Shown: in pieces, positions 58,072 to 64,000 of the stretch
How positions within the stretch are numbered: the first letter of the stretch is position 1
Layout: each line of letters starts with the position of its first letter
Source of the DNA: a bacterium
GTDB taxonomy: Bacteria; Bdellovibrionota_G; JALEGL01
Length of the DNA: 64,000 bases
Assembly: GCA_022763185.1 (NCBI GenBank)
Contig: JALEGL010000008.1
Span: forward strand, 67,012 to 131,011
Direction of reading: 5' to 3'
The notes under the pieces: model-generated
What the model saw: the letters and a program-made list of their open reading frames with translations, nothing else
What the model was told of the DNA's origin: nothing
Database searches by the model: none
Program-made: the position numbers and the translations under genes

Positions 58072-58806
58072 TTAGTCCTTTGGGGTTGAAGGTAAAAAGA
58101 ATGACAAACCAATGGAATAAACTCTGTTATTTGCGATCTGATTGAATGGCGCTCCTTCACGTACTGTGAAGTTTCTAAAATCAAGCTTTAAAGCTGTAGA
58201 TTGGTTTAAAAATATTTTTAAACCCGTACCCACATTGATTCCGAAGCGTTGAGATCGCTCATTGTCAAACATACCGGCACCGGCAAGAAAGTACCAGTCA
58301 AAATGGTAGATTTTTTTTGAGAATATAGCGAACTTACCATAAATTGGAGAAAAAATAAGGTTAGCAAAATAAATGTTTTTGGCTGGATCGGGAGCAGGGT
58401 CAAGATCAACACCGCAGGTTGATACGGGGTTCATCATCAAGTCAGTGACGATCAAGTTTGGAGGGCAGGGGACATTTTGTAAGTCATCAATAATGGCACG
58501 TTCTTGGTGAAAAACTCTTGAATAAGATGCTTCAATGGCAAAACCTTCTTTAATATGGAAAGTAGGTCTGATTTGCACAAACTCGTAGAACAAAAATTGG
58601 TTGTCAGCATTGATACCAAGGTCAAAACCTATTTCTGCGCGTCCTTTTTTTCTAAAAACACGTCTTTGAACAACATCGATACCTTCTTTTCTGTAAGAAC
58701 CTATGGAAGTATTGGTGTTTTTATTTTTAGTTTGTGAAACAGCGAGATTTGGTGCTGCAAAAAGTGCTGCAAGCAAAATACCAGTGAACGTTACTTTTAT
58801 ATTCAT
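58072..58806 (-). CDS. outer-membrane beta-barrel protein, first gene of the TPR operon
   Basis: Signal peptide begins at the internal Met (MNIKVTFTGILLAALFAAPNLAVSQ; the ORF is open to 58884). The alternating amphipathic beta-strand pattern runs to the C-terminus. Confidence 0.45.
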   Translation of the reverse strand: MNIKVTFTGILLAALFAAPNLAVSQTKNKNTNTSIGSYRKEGIDVVQRRVFRKKGRAEIGFDLGINADNQFLFYEFVQIRPTFHIKEGFAIEASYSRVFHQERAIIDDLQNVPCPPNLIVTDLMMNPVSTCGVDLDPAPDPAKNIYFANLIFSPIYGKFAIFSKKIYHFDWYFLAGAGMFDNERSQRFGINVGTGLKIFLNQSTALKLDFRNFTVREGAPFNQIANNRVYSIGLSFFLPSTPKD

Positions 58807-59045
58807 TATGCCCTCATGATTGATGTTTTTAGAAATATAACTTGTGGACCAATTTTTACCATGGTTCTTTGTTAAGAGTAACAAAAGCTAAAATCTTTTT
58901 CAATTTTATTGAATAAATTCAACACAATAATTGTTAAGCCCTAGAGCAAATTAAAGACCTAAAAAAGTAGACTTTTTGTAAAGTTAGCTTGAGTCAAGTC
59001 TGTTGTGCAGATAAAAGAATGGTGAGGTAAGTTTAAAAAAACTGT

Positions 59046-60044
59046 ATGCTTAATAAAACAAAACACAATACTGTAAAGCGTTCAACGGCGCACTCACAGC
59101 TTTTTCGTCAAACCAAAGCGTTTTTAAAGACGCATAAAATTTTAAATAAAAGTAAGGTTGTTGCTATTTCTGGTGGTGTAGATTCAGTCGTCTTATTTTT
59201 TATGATGGCTGAAATATCAAAGCAAGAAGACTTAGGTCTACCGCTACCTGTGTATATATCCCATCAACAAAGAGATAAAAAGGAAGAAAGTAAAGATATA
59301 GAAGTCATAGAAAAATTACTCGCACGCTATGAACTTGAACTTTGTATCAAGCCTTTAAAAGTGAAGAAGAGCATACTGTCTGAAGAGCAGTTAAGATACT
59401 TGCGTTATGATGCACTGCTTGAGTATGCGCAAGAAAAAAAATGTGAGTGTATAGTTAGTGGCCACCATGAAGATGATCAAATTGAAAATTTTTTTATTCG
59501 ACTTTTTTCTGGGGCACATTTTCAAGGTTTGTCAGGGATGGCTGAAAAGTCTAGAGAATACTTCTATAAACCTTTTTTAAATGTACCAAAAAAAACTTTG
59601 CTTAGTGTGGCAAAAGATAATGACTTGTTGTTTAATCTTGACTCTAGTAATGATGATACAGGTTTTACAAGAAATCACATCAGAAATATTTTGCTCCCAT
59701 TCTTAAGTTCACACTATGGCAACCAATACAAAACCAATATTTTAAGGTTTGCTCAAGATGCAAAGGATATTGTAAATCACCTAAAGTCAGATGTTGATGA
59801 CATGCTTCGAGTTAGTAAAATAGAAGAGGGATGTTTTTTAAGAAAACCTTTGTTGGTTTTTTCAGATTTGCAATTAAAGTTTTTTTTTAGATTTATCTTT
59901 GATGAAAAAAGCGATCAACTTAATGCTGATCAACTCAGCGCAATGGTTCACTTGTTACGTAAAGGTGAGGGCTATTACAGCTTGACCAACAAAGCTATCT
60001 ATAAAGTCCAAGAAGATAAAATATCAGTTCAATACAGAACTTGA
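59046..60044 (+). CDS. tilS: tRNA(Ile)-lysidine synthetase
   Basis: PP-loop SGGVDS motif near the N-terminus, 332 aa, directly upstream of ftsH (conserved neighbourhood). Confidence 0.8.
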   Translation: MLNKTKHNTVKRSTAHSQLFRQTKAFLKTHKILNKSKVVAISGGVDSVVLFFMMAEISKQEDLGLPLPVYISHQQRDKKEESKDIEVIEKLLARYELELCIKPLKVKKSILSEEQLRYLRYDALLEYAQEKKCECIVSGHHEDDQIENFFIRLFSGAHFQGLSGMAEKSREYFYKPFLNVPKKTLLSVAKDNDLLFNLDSSNDDTGFTRNHIRNILLPFLSSHYGNQYKTNILRFAQDAKDIVNHLKSDVDDMLRVSKIEEGCFLRKPLLVFSDLQLKFFFRFIFDEKSDQLNADQLSAMVHLLRKGEGYYSLTNKAIYKVQEDKISVQYRT

Positions 60045-60215
60045 TTAATTGTTTGTATGAGCTCAGACTTATCTAAAAAAATATGGGTAAAATTGAAAAT
60101 ACAAAAGCAACAAAAAAAATAAACGGTTAAAGAACTTAATACTGTATTTTATAATCGTAATGTTAGATAAAGTAGAACACAGTTTAGTTTTAAACATTCT
60201 TATGAGAGGTATGTT

Positions 60216-62057
60216 TTGAAGTCAAATCGAGTTTTTTTATGGTTATTGTTGGCAGTATTGTTTTTTTTGGTTTTTCAATCTTTTGAAAACTTTTCGCAGG
60301 AAAAACCTTTGGAGTTGTCATACAGTGACTTTAGAAAAAGTGTTAGAGCGGGACATGTTAAAAGTATTGAAGTTGGTCAGGAAAGATTAAAAGGTCAGTT
60401 TTTTTCTAAAAAAGAAAATGAGAGTATCTCTTCTGAAATAGATGAAAAAATATTTACAAGCAACTGGTTTGGTGAGGCAGATGAGCTGGTACAGTTTCTT
60501 GAAGAAAATGCTGTTGAAGATATAAAATTAGAATCTTTTAGCAGGCAGGGGTTTTTAAGGAATATTCTGCTCTGGACAGTGCCCTTTATTTTTGGATTTA
60601 TTTTATTGTTGTTTTTATTGCGGCAAGTTCAGTCTGGTAATGGCAAAGCCATGAGCTTTGGTAAATCTAAGATAAGAATTGCTGACCCTAAAAAAACGAG
60701 AGTGACCTTTGCAGATGTTGCTGGGGTTGAAGAAGCAAAAGAAGAACTTGAAGAGGTTATCGACTTTTTAAAATCACCTAAAAAATATACGGTGCTTGGC
60801 GCTAAAATACCAAAAGGGGTCATGTTGGTAGGAGCCCCAGGAACAGGTAAAACACTGTTGGCTAAAGCAGTTGCGGGTGAGGCGCATGTTCCTTTTTTAA
60901 CAATATCTGGTTCTGATTTTGTGGAGATGTTTGTTGGTGTTGGTGCTTCTCGCGTACGTGACTTATTTGAACAAGCCAAAAAATCAGCACCGTGTATTGT
61001 GTTTGTTGATGAAATCGATGCTGTAGGAAGAAAACGAGGAGCTGGTTTAGGTGGCGGTCATGATGAGAGAGAGCAAACTTTAAATCAACTGTTAGTGGAA
61101 ATGGATGGTTTTGAAGACAACAATGGCATAATCATGATGGCGGCAACCAACCGTCCAGATGTATTAGACTCTGCCTTGTTAAGACCAGGGCGTTTTGATC
61201 GACAAGTTATTGTATCTAGACCTGACTTGAAGGGTAGAGAGGGAATATTAAGAGTTCATACCAAAAACACACCTTTAAATGAAGACGTTGATCTTAACAC
61301 CTTAGCAAGAGCAACATCAGGTTTTACAGGTGCAGACATACATAATCTTGTAAATGAAGCGGCTTTGATGGCCGCTAAACAAGGCTTGAAAACAATTACT
61401 ATGGATTGTTTTGAAGAAGCCAAAGATAAAGTTATTTTGGGCAAGGAAAGAAAAACAACAATCATGAATGAACATGATAAAAAACTGACTTCATACCATG
61501 AAGCTGGGCATGCTTTGGTCGCTAAGCTTTTGCCAGACACAGACCCCGTTCATAAAGTGACCATTATTCCCAGGGGTATGGCTCTAGGGGTAACCCATCA
61601 AATGCCAACTGAAGATCGCTATACTTTAAGTCAAAATCAAGCTGAGTCTAGTATAGCCATATTAATGGGAGGACGTTTGGCAGAAGAGATTGTTTTTAAA
61701 ATGAAGTGTAACGGCGCATCCAATGACATTGAAAAAGCAACCGAACTAGCAAGAAGAATGGTTTGTGAATGGGGAATGAGCAGCATTTTAGGACCCATTG
61801 CTTTTGGTCAAAATGATCAAGAAATTTTTCTAGCCAAAGAAGTTGGGCATCAATCCAACTACAGTGAGAAAACGGCTCAGCAAGTTGATGCTGAAATTAA
61901 AAAAATCATTGATAGAAACTATAAAAAAGCAAAAGATTTGCTGCAAAAAAACAGAAAAACTTTAGATAAAATTGCTTTGACTTTACTTGAAAAAGAAACT
62001 TTATCAGGAAAAGATTTGGATGTTTTGATGGCAGGACAGGAACTGTCTAAGGCTTAA
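60216..62057 (+). CDS. ftsH: ATP-dependent zinc metalloprotease FtsH
   Basis: Two N-terminal TM helices, AAA Walker [17 protein letters not shown] region, and Zn-binding HEAGHALV. Confidence 0.95.
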   Translation: MKSNRVFLWLLLAVLFFLVFQSFENFSQEKPLELSYSDFRKSVRAGHVKSIEVGQERLKGQFFSKKENESISSEIDEKIFTSNWFGEADELVQFLEENAVEDIKLESFSRQGFLRNILLWTVPFIFGFILLLFLLRQVQSGNGKAMSFGKSKIRIADPKKTRVTFADVAGVEEAKEELEEVIDFLKSPKKYTVLGAKIPKGVMLVGAPGTGKTLLAKAVAGEAHVPFLTISGSDFVEMFVGVGASRVRDLFEQAKKSAPCIVFVDEIDAVGRKRGAGLGGGHDEREQTLNQLLVEMDGFEDNNGIIMMAATNRPDVLDSALLRPGRFDRQVIVSRPDLKGREGILRVHTKNTPLNEDVDLNTLARATSGFTGADIHNLVNEAALMAAKQGLKTITMDCFEEAKDKVILGKERKTTIMNEHDKKLTSYHEAGHALVAKLLPDTDPVHKVTIIPRGMALGVTHQMPTEDRYTLSQNQAESSIAILMGGRLAEEIVFKMKCNGASNDIEKATELARRMVCEWGMSSILGPIAFGQNDQEIFLAKEVGHQSNYSEKTAQQVDAEIKKIIDRNYKKAKDLLQKNRKTLDKIALTLLEKETLSGKDLDVLMAGQELSKA

Positions 62058-62220
62058 CCAATAGTAAAGGGCATCAATAACCAAATAATTTGAGAATATT
62101 TTATGTCTGAGTAATCTTCATTAAGAAATATATGTAATTTATTTGCTGGAGAGCGTTTGCTTCTGATAGACTATAAAATACAGTGTCAATGCAATCTATA
62201 GATAGTTTAAAAGAATCCTG

Positions 62221-63006
62221 ATGATAGAAATGCTGCAATCCATTGTAGATTATTTTACCTCTCATTCAATTATTGATTTAATCGATATCATTGCCGTATC
62301 GCTGATTGTTTTTGCTTTTTTACGTTTTATTAAAGGAACAAGAGCAATATACATGCTGATAGGCTTAAGCTTTGCCTTATTGGTTTTTTGGTTGTCTTTG
62401 GTGTTTAATTTGCAGACCCTGAATTGGATTTTATCGCATTTACTCAGTAGCTTAGTGTTTATATTGATTATATTATTTCAAGCCGAAATTAGAAGAATGC
62501 TAACACGCGTGGGTAGAGCCCCAGTGTTTTCATTTCTTGATACAGCCAATGAATCAAGAGCCATTGAAGAGTTGGTTAAAGCGTGTACATCTTTGGCCAA
62601 TAGAAAGATAGGTGCATTGATTGTTATTCAAAAAGAAGCAGATGTCATGGAGTATATTGATGTGGGAGTCAAGCTCGATGCACTGGTTTCAAAAGAGTTA
62701 ATCTCAAGTATCTTTTTACCCTCATCGCCTATTCATGATGGAGCAATCGTTGTTAAGCAAGATCAAATTTTAGCTGCCGGGTGTTTTTTACCCTTATTGA
62801 TGTCAAGCAAGATCAACAAGAATCTTGGTACACGTCATAGAGCTGCTGTTGGTATTACAGAAGAAACCGATGCATTGGTGATTGTTGTTTCTGAAGAGAA
62901 AGGGTGGATTTCAATAGCTAAAGAAGGCCAACTCTTAAGTGGTATAGAAGCAACTAAACTAAAAGAGCTCTTAGCTCAGAATATGCTTTTTGGAGCAAAA
63001 GCATGA
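62221..63006 (+). CDS. cdaA: diadenylate cyclase CdaA (DacA)
   Basis: Three N-terminal TM helices followed by a DAC domain with DGA (HDGAIVV) and GTRHRAA motifs. Confidence 0.9.
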   Translation: MIEMLQSIVDYFTSHSIIDLIDIIAVSLIVFAFLRFIKGTRAIYMLIGLSFALLVFWLSLVFNLQTLNWILSHLLSSLVFILIILFQAEIRRMLTRVGRAPVFSFLDTANESRAIEELVKACTSLANRKIGALIVIQKEADVMEYIDVGVKLDALVSKELISSIFLPSSPIHDGAIVVKQDQILAAGCFLPLLMSSKINKNLGTRHRAAVGITEETDALVIVVSEEKGWISIAKEGQLLSGIEATKLKELLAQNMLFGAKA

Positions 63007-63938
63007 AGAAGAATAGTAGGTTTTTAATGCAGTTGATGGCCTCTAAAGCGGACCTTGCACTTAAGCTGCTCTCCGTTTTTATTGCTTTGGTGTTGTGGAC
63101 TTACGTTAAAAGTGAGCAAAAACAACAGCGTAGTTTAGATGTTGAGCTTGAGCTGGTCAATGTGCCAGAACATCTTATGTTGGAAAGAGAGATCGATGCC
63201 CAAATCAAAGTTAGGGTTTTGGGACCAAAAAGTAGAGTAGAGAATATGAATCAAGAGTACTTAGGTACCTTGCCTCTTGATCTCAGTCAGAGCCATATTG
63301 GGTTGAATACTTTTTGGATACAAGAAGATGATTTTAAGCTGCCCTATGGGATAAAAATAGATCGTATCATGCCTCAAATTATTCGTATTGACTTAGACAA
63401 GGCCATCACTAAAACCCTTCCGGTTTTACCTAAATTTGTTGGTAAATTACCTGAAGGCTTTGAAATGACTTCATATGATCTTGATCCAGAAGCGGTAACC
63501 GTTAAAGGAACCCAAAGGAGCATGCAGTCTCTAAAAAAACTATATACTACGGATATCGACTTGAATAGCATGCGTTCTTATTATGAACAAGAAGTTCCCA
63601 TAGATACCAGTACGCTTAATGTTAAATTGCAAGCTGACTCAGCTTTGCTGCGGGTAAATATTAAAGAGAACATGGTCAGCAAAGTGTTGAAGAAAGTTGT
63701 TGTTCAGCATGATCGTGAGCAGTATCGGGTTAATCCCAAGTATGTCAATATTACCGTAGAGGGTATGGCCGGAGATATGCTGTCACTCGATCAAAAAAAC
63801 ATTAATGTAGAAATAGAAGCCTTACCCAATTTGTTTAAACCTGCCGTTAACCTTGTACCCACTGTAACTGGGTTACCTAAAAATGTTGCGTATACAATTT
63901 CTCCGGATAAAGTCAGAGTGCAAAAAATTAAGAAGTAG
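63003..63938 (+). CDS. cdaR: YbbR-like domain protein, likely CdaA regulator CdaR
   Basis: N-terminal TM anchor and repeated YbbR-like modules. It overlaps the cdaA stop by 4 nt (ATGA). Confidence 0.6.
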   Translation: MKKNSRFLMQLMASKADLALKLLSVFIALVLWTYVKSEQKQQRSLDVELELVNVPEHLMLEREIDAQIKVRVLGPKSRVENMNQEYLGTLPLDLSQSHIGLNTFWIQEDDFKLPYGIKIDRIMPQIIRIDLDKAITKTLPVLPKFVGKLPEGFEMTSYDLDPEAVTVKGTQRSMQSLKKLYTTDIDLNSMRSYYEQEVPIDTSTLNVKLQADSALLRVNIKENMVSKVLKKVVVQHDREQYRVNPKYVNITVEGMAGDMLSLDQKNINVEIEALPNLFKPAVNLVPTVTGLPKNVAYTISPDKVRVQKIKK

Positions 63939-64000
63939 TGGATCAATGAATCTTTAATAAATTAAATATATAGAAGAAAATATAATTTGGAGTTAAGAAA

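Noticed and set aside
1-64000. A CRISPR array or other regular repeat-spacer structure.
   Set aside because: No run of evenly spaced direct repeats is visible. The only repeats are short palindromes or terminators and the low-complexity coding linkers.

Overview
This is a 64 kb, gene-dense chromosomal window from an AT-rich Gram-negative bacterium (about 35-40% GC by eye, roughly 90% coding). I see no rRNA, CRISPR array, transposase or integrase. There is one tRNA, tRNA-Thr(CGT) on the minus strand at 31555-31630.

The backbone is housekeeping: DNA repair and topology genes (uvrD/pcrA-type helicase, mutM/fpg, recQ, topA, a 3'-5' exonuclease) and a translationally coupled thyA-folA pair. Also present are leuS, hemB (Mg-type), glpX, pgi, sufE, a fused msrB-msrA, a HIT-family gene, an FKBP-type isomerase, an RRM RNA-binding protein, tilS-ftsH and cdaA-cdaR.

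Bioenergetics looks Na+-based. There is a complete Vibrio-style Na+-NQR operon (nqrABCDEF-apbE-nqrM), a K+-dependent-type membrane pyrophosphatase (hppA), a sodium:solute symporter, dsbD, two paralogous thioredoxin-fold proteins, a Tat-secreted PhoX-type phosphatase and an AsmA-like protein.

The most notable block is 48156-58884, a cluster resembling the myxobacterial gliding-motility Glt/Agl envelope complex. It has an FHA + TM + TonB-C-like (AgmX/PglI C-terminal) protein transcribed divergently from a six-gene operon with 1-nt TAATG stop/start overlaps. That operon encodes an OM beta-barrel, a 557-aa TPR lipoprotein, a 1364-aa TPR protein, an 88-aa secreted protein, a second TM protein with a Gly/Lys-rich linker and the same C-terminal domain, and a small OM beta-barrel.

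This content (AgmX/PglI-type domains, NQR, many secreted lineage-specific hypotheticals) suggests a Bdellovibrionota/Myxococcota-type, possibly predatory, organism. That is inference from remembered domain signatures, not a database result.

Several lineage-specific secreted hypotheticals (9442-10038, 26811-27806, 35705-38016, 40523-40981) and a CcmH-like protein with a degenerate redox motif also deserve follow-up.
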